64,000 nt of DNA from an uncultured Chthonomonadaceae bacterium (GTDB taxonomy: Bacteria; Armatimonadota; Chthonomonadetes; Chthonomonadales; Chthonomonadaceae), in contig CAWFQB010000002.1 in assembly GCA_963817895.1 (NCBI GenBank), positions 544,001 to 608,000 of the forward strand, in the 5' to 3' direction. Below, piece by piece: positions 19,501 through 29,965 of this stretch. Each line of letters begins with the position of its first letter. The stretch's first letter is position 1. Position numbers and translations under genes: made by a program. Below the pieces are notes generated by a model. It was not told the DNA's origin, ran no database searches, and saw only the letters and a list, made by a program, of their open reading frames with translations.

Positions 19501-19535
19501 CAGGCCGGAACTATCAACTATCAACTATCAACTCC

Positions 19536-21858
19536 CTACTGTCCCGACTTTACGACGGTTTTGGCGGTTTTGTTGGACAGTTCGAGAATGTCCTGTAGAA
19601 TCCGTTCGCTTTCCGTCAGCGTGGTGTCTATGGCGGGGGCGGTCGCGTCGTTGCCCGCCGCATCATCAGTGGGAATTGGGTTCTGACTGTGCGGCTTTGC
19701 CGTCTTGTCCACTGATTTGGGCGGCGGGGCAAGCGTCAGGGTCGGCTTGCCCATGTTTTCCAGCGTGACCAGATACACCTTGTCTTTGGAAGCGGGACGC
19801 GCCAGCAGTTCCTTGCGCCGCGCTTTGACTCGATCCTCGGCCTCCTGCTTCTCTTTCATGCGCCGCGCTTCGTTCAGGCTGACGGATTTTTCGGTCATGA
19901 CCTTCTTGAACTGGTCAATCTCCTCACGCAGATACGCGAAGTCCGTGTCCGAAGCGATGCGGGCGTCGGAGCGGTTTTTCAGTTCCGGCAGAATGTCCGG
20001 CGAAACGGTTTTCCGGCTCATAACGACGCGGACTTGATCACGTCGTACTTGAGCGGGTTGTCCAGCGTCTTTTCGCCCACGTCAATGTAGTTGGTCAGGG
20101 ACGGCAGTTCGATGTCCGGCACGACGCCCTTCAGCTGCGTGGACGCGCCACTCGCGCGGTAGAACTTCTGAATGGTCAGTCTCAGCGCGCCCGGATCGCT
20201 TTTGAAGCTCAATCCGCTGCGCTTCATAATGTCGCTCAGACCGGCAACCGTTTGTACCGTTCCTTTGCCGAACGTGGAGCTGTCGCCCACGATCAGGGCG
20301 CGGCCATAATCCTGCAAGGCTCCCGCCATGATCTCCGAGGCCGACGCGCTCAGTTTGCTGGTCAGCACGATAAGCGGGCCGTCGTACAGCACGGACGTAT
20401 TATCCGATTTGTCCACCTGTATTTCGCCGTCCGAGTCTTTCACCTGCACAACCGGCCCGGCTTTGATAAACAGCCCGGTCAGGTTGATGACTTCCTGGAG
20501 CGAACCGCCCGGATTGCGGCGCAGGTCAAGAATGATGCCGCTCGACTTTTTCCGCTTCCAGTTTTTTGAGCAGGCGGGCCACATCCGTCGTGGTGCTTTT
20601 GCCGTTGTTGCCGCGCGCCTCGAAGTCGGCGTAGAACGAGGGCAGGTCAATCACGCCCATCCGCGCGATTTTGCCGTTCACATGGTCATGTCAATGATCT
20701 TGGCTTTGGCCTCCTGCTCTTCCAGTTTCACCTCATCGCGGGTCAACTCGATGGTTTTGCGCGTGGACGGGTCGGGCGCGTCGGCGGGAATAAAGGTCAG
20801 GCGGACTTTGGTTCCTTTCGGCGCCGCGAATCATCGAAACCACTTTGTCCAGCTTCATATCAACGGTATCAACGGCTTCCTTGCCGTCCTGCGCCACTGC
20901 GGTGATGCGGTCGCCCACTTTCAGCTTGCTGCTTTTGAAAGCCGGCCCGCCTGGCGTCAAATCCATGATTTTGGCATAGCCGTCCTCGGATTGCAGGGTC
21001 GCGCCGATGCCGATAACCGACAATTTCATCTGAATGTTGAAGTTGTCCAGTTGCGGATTTGCCCATATAATCGGTATGCGGATCGTAGGCGTGGGCAAGC
21101 GCGTTCAGATAGATTTCAAAAACATCGTCGCTATCGTACTCGTGCAGCGCTTTGGATTGGCGCGTATAGCGGCGGGTCAGGGTCTTGACGATTTCCGCAG
21201 GTTTCTGCTTGTTGAGCTTTTCCTGAAGGTATTCGTAGCGCAGGAATTCGTTCCACTGCTGTTTGGCCGCGTTCAGGCTGTCCGGGCGCGGGGCAGTTTT
21301 GCGATCCAGTTGGAAGGTATCGTTGCTGTCGAACGCGAAGTTCGCGGATTTAAGCTGCCCGCTGACGTAGGCGCTTTCCTGATCAATGCGTTCCAGCAGG
21401 CGCGCGTAAATTTTATAAGCGGGCGTCACATCGCCCTGCTTCAGCAACAGGTCGCCGACAGTGTTGCGATACGCGGCGAACTCTTTGATGTCGGATTCCA
21501 GAAAGTACAGGTGGCGCGGGTCGAGCGAGTCCACGTACTCATCGAAAATCTTGCCCGACATCTCTTTGTCCAGCGGATGATGCAGATAGTGGCTGCGCGT
21601 CATCAGTTGCGCCGTGACAAGGGCGGCGTTCCTCTGGTCGGAAGTCTCCGCCATGCCGCCGCTCTTGCCTGCTTTGGGGGGAATGGATTTGGCAATATCG
21701 GAAACATCCAGCGAGGCGGTGCTGAGTTTCGGGTCGCGCAGGGCCACATCAGGCAGGGTCACGCCCACATCCTGCCGTCCATGATTTACGCATCCCGTCA
21801 GGCCGAGAATCGCCGTGATGGGAACAAGGGTCAGATACGAAGCGCGTTTAATTTTCAT
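19536..21858 (-). CDS. prc: carboxy-terminal processing protease Prc/Tsp, S41 family (several apparent frameshifts)
   Basis: Lipobox LTGC; YDPHTDY, GIGATL (PDZ), ILDLRRNPGGSL, SASASEI, FGKGTVQ, STQLKGVVPDI. Confidence 0.9.
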
Positions 21859-22107
21859 GTGAAGGGTTAAACCTTTGAAAACTCGCCCGCGCCCGCATGT
21901 GTCACGCTACAGAAAGCGACATGCGGGCTGAATGTTGTCCGGTTATGAGTCGGAACAGATCAGGCGGAATAGTGATAGCGGCCCAGAGCCGCGTTGCGAA
22001 AGCCGCGTTCTTTATTATACGACATTTGCAAGTACGATGTTGCCGCGCGAATTCCTCCTTTTGCGGCAATTCCGCGCCATAAAATTTTTCAAGTCCGCTG
22101 TCTATGT

Positions 22108-22575
22108 CTATTTCGGCTTCATCGTGTGCATTCTTTCTTCTGTATCGGAAAATGTTTTCCGCGCCTCCTGCGAGGTGGCCGTCTGTTTGAGGTTGCTTAA
22201 CAACGGACCGGCCACTTCGGGGGGAAATACGACGGCAAGCGCGTTCGCCATGTGTTCGCGGCGCGATGCGTCCTTGCCAAAGAAACCATCGGCGTTGCGG
22301 GTCACGAAGTCGAGGGCTTTATACTTCCACTCCTGCTCCTGCTGCATTTGCTGCAATTTCAGTTCGCTTGCTTTGGCGCTGGTGGCGACCCACACCTGCG
22401 TCAGCGAAATGAAGATAGCCGCAAGGGAGACGATGGCTGTGATTACGCTGCCCAGATGATCGTCAAGCAGTCGAGTGCGGCGACGGCGCCCCCGGAGATG
22501 TTCGCGCCGGTCACGGGCGGCTCCCAACCGTTGGCGCGGCGGATGCTGTGTATCGCGTTCTTCTGAATTGTTCAT
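22108..22575 (-). CDS. hypothetical single-TM protein
   Basis: Starts 4 nt after the cyclase stop; one TM helix followed by a coiled coil. Confidence 0.6.
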   Translation of the reverse strand: MNNSEERDTQHPPRQRLGAARDRREHLRGRRRRTRLLDDHLGSVITAIVSLAAIFISLTQVWVATSAKASELKLQQMQQEQEWKYKALDFVTRNADGFFGKDASRREHMANALAVVFPPEVAGPLLSNLKQTATSQEARKTFSDTEERMHTMKPK

Positions 22576-22579
22576 GAGT

Positions 22580-24088
22580 CTACTTTTGATCCAGCGGCAT
22601 GACGCCGTTCCAATCGGGAGGGCTGCCTTCACGCAGAAACCGCCGGCAGCGGGCATGGTGCAGGGCGGCGGCTTTGTCATCGGGATTTGCCGCAAGAACG
22701 GCGTCAAAACCGGCGAGAGCGCGCGCAAAATCGCCGGCCTGCCAGAACCGAAAAGCCAGTTCAAAGCAGGCAAGCGTTTCCTGCCGCCCCGCCCGAACGG
22801 TTGCCGGAAGCGCGTCGAATACCTCGTACACGTCTACCGGTTCCGCCTTACCTACCGCCTGCACCCGGTCTATCAAGCGGACATGAAGCGAAGCGCGGTC
22901 TGCCGCGTCAACGCCCCGCATGGTTTCACCGCTCACCAGAACCGGCGCGCCGTACTGCTTGGTCATTCCCTCTACGCGCGAGGCGAGATTAACGGCGTCT
23001 GAAATGACCGTACCCTCCATGCGCTCGGCAAACCCGATTGTGCCGAGCATCAGCAAGCCGGTATGCAGACCCACGCCGATTTTAACCGCTTCCTTGCCTT
23101 CGGCAGTCCATTCTGTGTTCAAGTCGGATACGGCGGCGTGCAGGGCGTTGGCGGCTCGTATGGCGTGAATACAGTCGCCCGGAAACAGCGCCATGATCGC
23201 ATCCCCGATGAACTTGTCAATGAATCCCCCGTGTTCTCGAATCACCGGGGCCGCCTGCCGCAGATAGCGGTTGATGAAAGCGAACGTTTCCGCCGGAGTC
23301 ATACGCTCTGACAATGAAGTGAACGAGCGAATATCCGAAAATAAAATCGTCATCACCTGTTGCGTCTGGTCGCCTAATTCCACATCCACAATGCTGCGGC
23401 GTGACAGAAACTCCAAAAATTCGGATGGCACGAACCGCGCAAAGGATCGCGCCATGCGCTGCGTATGCGCGAAAAGGGCGGAATTGTGCAGGGCCGCGCC
23501 GATGAACCCGGCCAGACTCTGGATGGTATACACGTCGCCCTCATCCAGCGGCGGAAAAAAGGGTTTGGCTTCGCGCATCCGCCCTGCCAGAAGAAAATAA
23601 TTCTGTTTATCCCCCTCGGAAATCGGGGCGCAGACAAAAAACGGCGTTTCCAGTTTCTGTTTCAAAGCAGGAACAAAGTCGTCCACAGGCGTCGCGTTCG
23701 TGACCAGCAGGGGAACGCTGCCAACGAGCGACGGAGGAAAGGCTACGGTTTGCGAAAGCAAGCGCAACGCGGCGTCGGCGGGGAAACCGCGCGTGAAACA
23801 GGGACGGAACACGTCTGCGTCGCCTTCGCGCCGTAAAATCACCATCCGCTCCATTTTAAGTTGGCGTTCCAGGCGTTCCAGGGTCGCGCTGAAAATGGCG
23901 TCAGGCAACATGTCGGTAGAAATCAGGCCGTGCAGTTCCGACAGCAACGCAAAGCCCTGCCGCCGCTGTTTCAGTTCGCGCCGGGCGCGCGACACGACGA
24001 AATCGGCGCGCACCGCCTGCCCTGCAAGTTCGTTCACGCGGCGGCGATAAAATTCCAGTTGGCGAAGCGGGTCGTTTTCGTCAGACAT
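22580..24088 (-). CDS. class III adenylate cyclase with N-terminal GAF-like domain and C-terminal TPR-like helices
   Basis: ILFSDIRSFT, DKFIGDAIMA, GVGLHTG, EGTVISDAVNLASRVEG; start MSDEND. Confidence 0.9.
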   Translation of the reverse strand: MSDENDPLRQLEFYRRRVNELAGQAVRADFVVSRARRELKQRRQGFALLSELHGLISTDMLPDAIFSATLERLERQLKMERMVILRREGDADVFRPCFTRGFPADAALRLLSQTVAFPPSLVGSVPLLVTNATPVDDFVPALKQKLETPFFVCAPISEGDKQNYFLLAGRMREAKPFFPPLDEGDVYTIQSLAGFIGAALHNSALFAHTQRMARSFARFVPSEFLEFLSRRSIVDVELGDQTQQVMTILFSDIRSFTSLSERMTPAETFAFINRYLRQAAPVIREHGGFIDKFIGDAIMALFPGDCIHAIRAANALHAAVSDLNTEWTAEGKEAVKIGVGLHTGLLMLGTIGFAERMEGTVISDAVNLASRVEGMTKQYGAPVLVSGETMRGVDAADRASLHVRLIDRVQAVGKAEPVDVYEVFDALPATVRAGRQETLACFELAFRFWQAGDFARALAGFDAVLAANPDDKAAALHHARCRRFLREGSPPDWNGVMPLDQK

Positions 24089-24113
24089 AGAGGGTTCCGA
24101 TTTGCAAAAGCTC

Positions 24114-25322
24114 TCACTCGCTGAACAGGCAGAGTACGCCTGTCCAATCGAGCGCCTGAACGCGCCCGCCCACTTTGGCGATTTCCACGCCGGAATACAC
24201 GCCGAGAAGGGGAATCTCAGGAGGCAGGGCATTTTGCGCTTCCACGGCTTCTTCCTCTTCCATGCCGCTGTACGCCGCCGCGCGCCCCGCGCAGTCAATG
24301 TAAAACGCGAAAATCGGCGTCCGGTCCGCCGCCAGAGACAACAGATGCCGGACACGTTCGCCAATATACTGAAAATCCATGCTGCGCCGCATAATCTGGA
24401 TTTCCATGCCCGCTTCCAGGTCGTTCTCGAACATGACCATGCCTTTGCGCTCCGCGTCCACGCCAATGCAGAGCCGATTGGCGTAATCTTCCTCTCGATA
24501 TTCGCCGTATTTGTCGCCCCGGTTCACGCCCAACGTCACAAAAAAAGCGTAATCCTCCCAACTCAGGCCGACATCCGAGCCGAGCAGTTCCCCAATAACA
24601 TCCAGAGTGGGGCGTCCGTCTATTTCCAGCACGGTTGCGCCATCCGTTTTGGTAATGGTATGGTAGCCGCTTGCGGGGCGACAGCCGTGTAAAATCACGG
24701 TATCCATGCGGATGCCGCCGGAAAGCAGCAGCGCCATCGCCGCCTGCTGTTCGATGCGGTCGTCAAACCACTGCCATGTCGGCTGCAACTGCATGTCGCC
24801 AATCATGCCCATCCCTGCCATATTCGGCCAATTCGCAAGGTGGCGCGACATGCCCTGCATCAGCGGGGTCGCCATGTTCATCTTGAACTGCCCGGAAACC
24901 AGATTCACCGTATCGTACAGTAAAATCAGGCTGGCATCCGAAGGCGCGTCGGCACTGGCGATTTGCTTGCCCAACGCTTCTCCTGCCGCCACTTCCCCCT
25001 GATTGAGACCGGTTTCCAGAAACATATCCACGCGCAATGTGTCGGACTCAAAAACAGCCAGTCCCACTTCGCTGCCATCGTAGGAGAGGTGGTCATGGGT
25101 AATGATGCCCACGCCATATCCGCCCATCAGTCGGGGCGAGGCTCCAACAACCGCCCGTACCCCTGCCAGTAATTGTGCCGGGTCATGCTGCCCTGTGGAA
25201 AACAGCAACGCGAGAACGGGGCGGGTAATACCGGCTTTATCCATTGCCATTCGCGCCGCCGCGCTCCCGGCTTGATGCGATTCTGTCAGGTCGCTATATC
25301 CAACGCCTACTCTGGTTGCCAT
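24114..25322 (-). CDS. FIST (FIST_N/FIST_C, NosP-like) sensory protein
   Basis: VGVGYS...AG..AA..A, HGCRP...TITK..G..VLEIDGRP, YIDCAGR, GVYSGVEIA. Confidence 0.9.
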   Translation of the reverse strand: MATRVGVGYSDLTESHQAGSAAARMAMDKAGITRPVLALLFSTGQHDPAQLLAGVRAVVGASPRLMGGYGVGIITHDHLSYDGSEVGLAVFESDTLRVDMFLETGLNQGEVAAGEALGKQIASADAPSDASLILLYDTVNLVSGQFKMNMATPLMQGMSRHLANWPNMAGMGMIGDMQLQPTWQWFDDRIEQQAAMALLLSGGIRMDTVILHGCRPASGYHTITKTDGATVLEIDGRPTLDVIGELLGSDVGLSWEDYAFFVTLGVNRGDKYGEYREEDYANRLCIGVDAERKGMVMFENDLEAGMEIQIMRRSMDFQYIGERVRHLLSLAADRTPIFAFYIDCAGRAAAYSGMEEEEAVEAQNALPPEIPLLGVYSGVEIAKVGGRVQALDWTGVLCLFSE

Positions 25323-25472
25323 GCGTGTGTTTCTCCTTGCGCCTGTTTGCGCGCAAAACAGGGCTACACACTCATTATATCCGATTTTGCCCGCGTAAAA
25401 CAGATGAAGCCGGGCCTTGCCCGCTTGCGTCTACTGTTCATGTCTTCCGATCTTTTCATGGAGTTGCCACTT

Positions 25473-26207
25473 ATGATTTTCCTGCTGCGATCTGCCTGTC
25501 TACGCTCTATCTGGCTTGTTCTTTTGTTTGCCTCGATTGGGCTGCCTTCGCATAGCGGCCCCACAACCGCGAAAGGCCCGTTTTCGCCCGAAGCGTGGCC
25601 GCCCACGATTGATGCAACAAAAAAAGCGCATTATGTCAGCGTGGACAATGCGTTCCCCACCCCCGGCCCGAACTGGATGCCAAATCTCCAAATCCTGACC
25701 GGCGCGGATCACATCACAGAGAGTATAACAATCGGGGAGCATACGGGCGTTCGCGTGATGGGCATCAAGTTCAATACCGCCGACGATCAGTACGCGCTGT
25801 GGGCCAACGAACACACGATAGATATTCTGATGCAGGTTTATGGCGACGGCGCGTTCCTCAATCCCGATGGGACGCCGCGCTATTGTAACTTCCTGACCGG
25901 AACCCTGCCCGAACCCGTTGCCGTAGATGGCGGCGAAATCCCGTCACAGGCCAAAAACAACCGCTGGAACTGGGTGCTGTTTCGTATCCCGAACGGCCTG
26001 CGCCACATGGATGGCGGCAGGCTGGTGGGAACCATTCACCCCAAAGCTAAAAACGATCCCGGTATTGCGGGCGTGTCGCATCTAAGCGGGCAAAATGGGG
26101 GTACAATCCGTATGGACGGCCTGCACGATCTCAAAGTTCGCTTTGTCGCCTTCGGGCAAAAGGGCGCGTTCGGCGAACCGGAACAGATCAACCGTTTCAA
26201 GAAATAG
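25473..26207 (+). CDS. secreted hypothetical protein
   Basis: Signal-peptide-like start, long open frame with plausible composition. Start uncertain. Confidence 0.65.
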   Translation: MIFLLRSACLRSIWLVLLFASIGLPSHSGPTTAKGPFSPEAWPPTIDATKKAHYVSVDNAFPTPGPNWMPNLQILTGADHITESITIGEHTGVRVMGIKFNTADDQYALWANEHTIDILMQVYGDGAFLNPDGTPRYCNFLTGTLPEPVAVDGGEIPSQAKNNRWNWVLFRIPNGLRHMDGGRLVGTIHPKAKNDPGIAGVSHLSGQNGGTIRMDGLHDLKVRFVAFGQKGAFGEPEQINRFKK

Positions 26208-26259
26208 ACGCGCCACCTGTATTCATTTCTTTCTGCGCTGTTTGTGAAAAGGAGATGCC

Positions 26260-27144
26260 ATGTTTTCTAAATTCAACCAGAGCTGGTCGCTGTTTCAGGC
26301 CAGCGCCGCCGTGCTGCGTTCCGACAAGCACCTGATCGTGTTTCCCATTTTCTCCGCCATCGCGTCCCTGATTATCACCGCCAGTTTCTTTATCCCGGCG
26401 GCCATGTACGCCTGGTCACACCACATGTTTCAGTTCGCGTCACACTCCGCTTATACCGATTCCAACATTCACGACCAGACGCATAGCGCGATGGGGTATG
26501 CGTTCATGTTCCTGTTCTACCTGACGCAGTATACCGTTGTTTTCTTCGCCAATACCGCGCTTGTCGGCGCAGCCATCATTCGACTGCGCGGCGGCAAGCC
26601 CACCATTCAGGACGGCTTTGGCCTGGCAATGAACCACTTCCGCGCGATCTTCGGGTACGCGGTGCTGGCCGCGACGGTGGGCATGGCGATACGCGCCGTT
26701 GCCGAGCGTTCGGGGCTACTGGGGCGGCTGGGCGCGGGGCTGTTTGGGCTGGCCTGGAATGTGGCGACTTATCTGGTCGCGCCGATTCTGATCATGGAGA
26801 ACGTCGGGCCGATAGAAGCCGTGAAGCGCAGTTCGGCGCTGTTGAAGCAGACATGGGGCGAACAAATCGTCGGCAACGTCGGCATCAGTTACGTATCCGG
26901 CCTGTTCGCGCTTTTGATTACCTGCTGCTTCGTGCCGCTGCTCATCGGGGGCATCAGTATGCAGTCCATGCCGCTGATTGTGGGTTCGTGCGTGTTGTTC
27001 GTGCTGGCCCTGACCGCGCTGAGTCTGATTCAGGCCGCGCTGTCCGGCATCTACACCGCCGTCGTGTACCTGTACGCTTCCGAAGGCTACACCGGCGGTC
27101 CGTTCCAACCCTACATGATCCACGACGCCTTCCGCCGCAGCTAA
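26260..27144 (+). CDS. integral membrane protein (DUF6159-like)
   Basis: AAGGAG ribosome site; several TM helices; EN.GP.EAVKRS..LLK.TWGE. Confidence 0.8.
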   Translation: MFSKFNQSWSLFQASAAVLRSDKHLIVFPIFSAIASLIITASFFIPAAMYAWSHHMFQFASHSAYTDSNIHDQTHSAMGYAFMFLFYLTQYTVVFFANTALVGAAIIRLRGGKPTIQDGFGLAMNHFRAIFGYAVLAATVGMAIRAVAERSGLLGRLGAGLFGLAWNVATYLVAPILIMENVGPIEAVKRSSALLKQTWGEQIVGNVGISYVSGLFALLITCCFVPLLIGGISMQSMPLIVGSCVLFVLALTALSLIQAALSGIYTAVVYLYASEGYTGGPFQPYMIHDAFRRS

Positions 27145-27282
27145 CGTATAGCGCAAAGCATCTGTGAGGGGCTGTAAAGAAACCACTTCGAAGCAAAGCA
27201 AGTTTAGACTTGGACAGCCGAGAATGTGGAAGATTTACAGCCCCTTACCTGATGGCTCACAAAACCATGAGAGAACTTCCCA

Positions 27283-27894
27283 ATGCCATACGACTATGAC
27301 AGCGCGGAACATCAGTTGCGGCTTGCGGCAAAGGCAGGAGATATGGAGGCCGTGCTGAATTTGCTGGAACAGGGCGTTAACATTGACGCGGCTCCTGCTT
27401 ATCGTACAACAGCGTTTCATCTGGCAGAACGGTATGGACATCGGGAGGTTGCTCGCGCACTGCTGCTGCATGGGGCAACCGTCACTCTTGACGACGCATC
27501 CAATTTGGAACAACTGAAATTCCTGATGGAGAATGGAGTTGCGGAACCTACCCTTGAGCAAAAGAGGCGCGGACTGCAATATGCCTGCAAGCGCCATTGG
27601 ATGTCCGAACAACAGATGGAAATTGCTCTTGGCAACCTGCCTGATCCAACGCTGACAGAACGAGTTACCGTTGAAGAAGCGGAAGTATACATTCATGCAA
27701 AAGGGAACTTCCAGTTTAGCCGTGAGCATTGGGAAATGATGAAGGCTCGGATGCAGCCCGGTGATGAACTCTGGAAGTTCAACGCTGATTCACACAATCG
27801 CCGCCTCGGCTGGATACGCAATCGAGGCTATGTTTTGCTGCGACAGGGAAGACATGTAGCCAAAATTCGCAGGAATTTGCGCGATTTTATATAA
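27283..27894 (+). CDS. ankyrin-repeat protein
   Basis: LRLAAKAGDMEAVLNLLEQGVNID; TAFHLAERYGHREVARALLLHGA. Confidence 0.75.
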   Translation: MPYDYDSAEHQLRLAAKAGDMEAVLNLLEQGVNIDAAPAYRTTAFHLAERYGHREVARALLLHGATVTLDDASNLEQLKFLMENGVAEPTLEQKRRGLQYACKRHWMSEQQMEIALGNLPDPTLTERVTVEEAEVYIHAKGNFQFSREHWEMMKARMQPGDELWKFNADSHNRRLGWIRNRGYVLLRQGRHVAKIRRNLRDFI

Positions 27895-27927
27895 AAGGCA
27901 CATTCAGCCACAAATAGGATGCCAACG

Positions 27928-29077
27928 TCATAGCGGACGGGCGAAGATACCGAGATGGTTGGCGACGGGGCGTTCGCGGTTGGGAATGTAGTTGTCAATG
28001 GGACAATTCAGGATGTTGACGCGGGGCGACTTGCCCCGCGTTTTGTTGTTTGTCGCGTTTGCTTTTTTGGTAGTGTCCGCGTTTGCCGTGTCTTCGACCG
28101 CCAGCGTGGAGGAACCGCCGCCGTCCAGATTCATCCCCTCCCACGCGCCGTACTGCCGCAAAATCTCCCCTGTTTCCGTTTGCGTCGCGCCCTCGCTGTA
28201 ATTGGGCTGCCGTCCGTCTATCAGAACGATAATCAGAACACGCCGGGTTTTGTCTAGCCCAATGGCGGTGCGCGGATCGAGTTTGTCCGCGTAGCGGGAA
28301 TTGCCCGGAACGATTGCGCCCTCCTTCACCAGCATCCGATTACCCGAAATGGCATTTTGAACAGGCCCGTCGGGAAGGCCGAAGCGGACACGATTGCCGC
28401 CGGAAAAATACAGCGTGGGATAGGACACGGTTTCCGTTCCCGGCGCATGGTACGCGCTGCCGCCCGTTATGCCGATGCCCTGCACGGCAACGGGATCGCC
28501 GACATGCGGGTAATAGCTGAAAATGTTATGGGAGTACCAGGGGTAAAAGAAATCGGCATTGATGGCGACCTGCGCCCCGAACTCGGTCAGAAACGCGCTC
28601 GTCAGGCGGGCGCGAAGGGGCAAACGTTGCCTTATGGACAAACCATTTGAACATTGCACAATCCTCAGTCGGCAGGACGGTTGGCCGCAGGCCTAATAAC
28701 CGGCATTTTATATGCCGGGGCAGCGCGATTGTCCAATGTTATACTGATTTGTCCATTACATTGCCGGGTGTGGCGACAAAGCCGATACCGGGCGCATCCA
28801 GTTGCACCCTCACAATATGCGCCACAAGCGGGCGCGGGCTGCGCCTCACATCCCGAATGTAGGTAATCCCCTGAAACAGTTCGCGACGAACGGAGGGAGG
28901 CTGCGGGCGCGTGTGCATCCAGATTTGCCAACTCCCGTACGGCAGCGCGAGAAGCAGAACCGGCAGCCCAATGCCACGCATCAAACGTCGTGTTTTACTC
29001 GCGCGCGTTGTGTGCCGGGAATCAGGAAGTGGCTCGTTTGCCTCCGCTGGCGTGGTACATAACTGAGGACGTGACAT
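27928..29077 (-). pseudogene. phosphodiester glycosidase (NAGPA/DUF2233) gene interrupted by a MITE
   Basis: AINADFF, DPRTAIG, IDGRQP.YSEG, MNLDGGGSS; the frame is restored when 28635-28755 and one TTA are removed. Confidence 0.85.
28635..28755. mobile_element. 121-bp MITE with 29-bp imperfect terminal inverted repeats and TTA target duplication
   Basis: TGGACAAACCATTTGAACATTGCACAATC versus reverse complement of right end TGGACAAATCAGTATAACATTGGACAATC (24/29); TTA at 28632-28634 and 28756-28758. Confidence 0.88.
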
Positions 29078-29183
29078 GCTTGCTTCCCATTGGCTCTAAA
29101 ACCTGTGGCTGCGTCCTGTTTCTTCTCTGTATGCCTCTTTGATGAAAACATCAAAGAGGCCATGATTGCTCACAGCGCAGCCT

Positions 29184-29918
29184 TTATCGCTTGCGATGCT
29201 CCATGCGATGCTCCATTCGGTCTTTCTGATACAGCAATTCCAGAACGCGACGCGCGCGGATGGATACCTCATGATCGTTTCCTTGCAGGCGGGTTCGGCG
29301 CTGTTCCAATGCGGCTCTAAATTCCGGTCGGTCTACCTTCACTGCCAGCCGACAGTAGGCGCGAAACTCCTGCCCCCAGCGCGTATCCACAATATGCAGG
29401 ATAACATTGCGCAGGCGGGCCGCATAGTGTGGCGCAATTTCCGGCACCTGTTTCAGCGCGCCAATAGCCGCCTCCTTGGCGTAGCCGGATCGAAAGACAT
29501 AAGGGTCGGCCTCCAAAAACAACACCAACGGCTCCAGGTTGCGGCCATCTCCCGCCTTCGCCTGCCAGAAGGACTGTTGATAGCCGAGTGGGAAAGCGGT
29601 ATACTCCGTTTCCAGTCTCGCCCGCAGTTCCGGCGCAAGAGAACGCGCGTCCAGGCTCTTTTGCCAGAAGTCTCGATATGTTCTCTCATAATCTGTCCAC
29701 GCTGTGGTATCGTAGAGGTTGGCGTGAGCCAGTTCCTCGGCGCGACGACACACGTCAAACGCTTCATGTAACGCGGCGTCCGCCGCCACATGTTGCTCCC
29801 GTTGAGCCTGTTGCTGCTGCATCCGCGCCCGTGACGAAAAAGGTGTGCCAGGCTTTGGCTGTTGCGCTTGCTTGCGGTCACTTTTACGATTCACTGCGGT
29901 TGGTGTTTTACGCTGCAT
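29184..29918 (-). CDS. hypothetical helical protein
   Basis: Open frame co-oriented with neighbours; conserved-looking FLEADPYVFRSGYAKE. Confidence 0.7.
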   Translation of the reverse strand: MQRKTPTAVNRKSDRKQAQQPKPGTPFSSRARMQQQQAQREQHVAADAALHEAFDVCRRAEELAHANLYDTTAWTDYERTYRDFWQKSLDARSLAPELRARLETEYTAFPLGYQQSFWQAKAGDGRNLEPLVLFLEADPYVFRSGYAKEAAIGALKQVPEIAPHYAARLRNVILHIVDTRWGQEFRAYCRLAVKVDRPEFRAALEQRRTRLQGNDHEVSIRARRVLELLYQKDRMEHRMEHRKR

Positions 29919-29965
29919 CTTCCTACCGAATCCAATCCAACGGAGTGCCAGGCAACAAGCGTCTC

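Noticed and set aside
22580..24466. 628-aa cyclase as given by the ORF track
   Set aside because: The first 126 residues overlap the FIST gene in another frame; the plausible start is ATG 24088.
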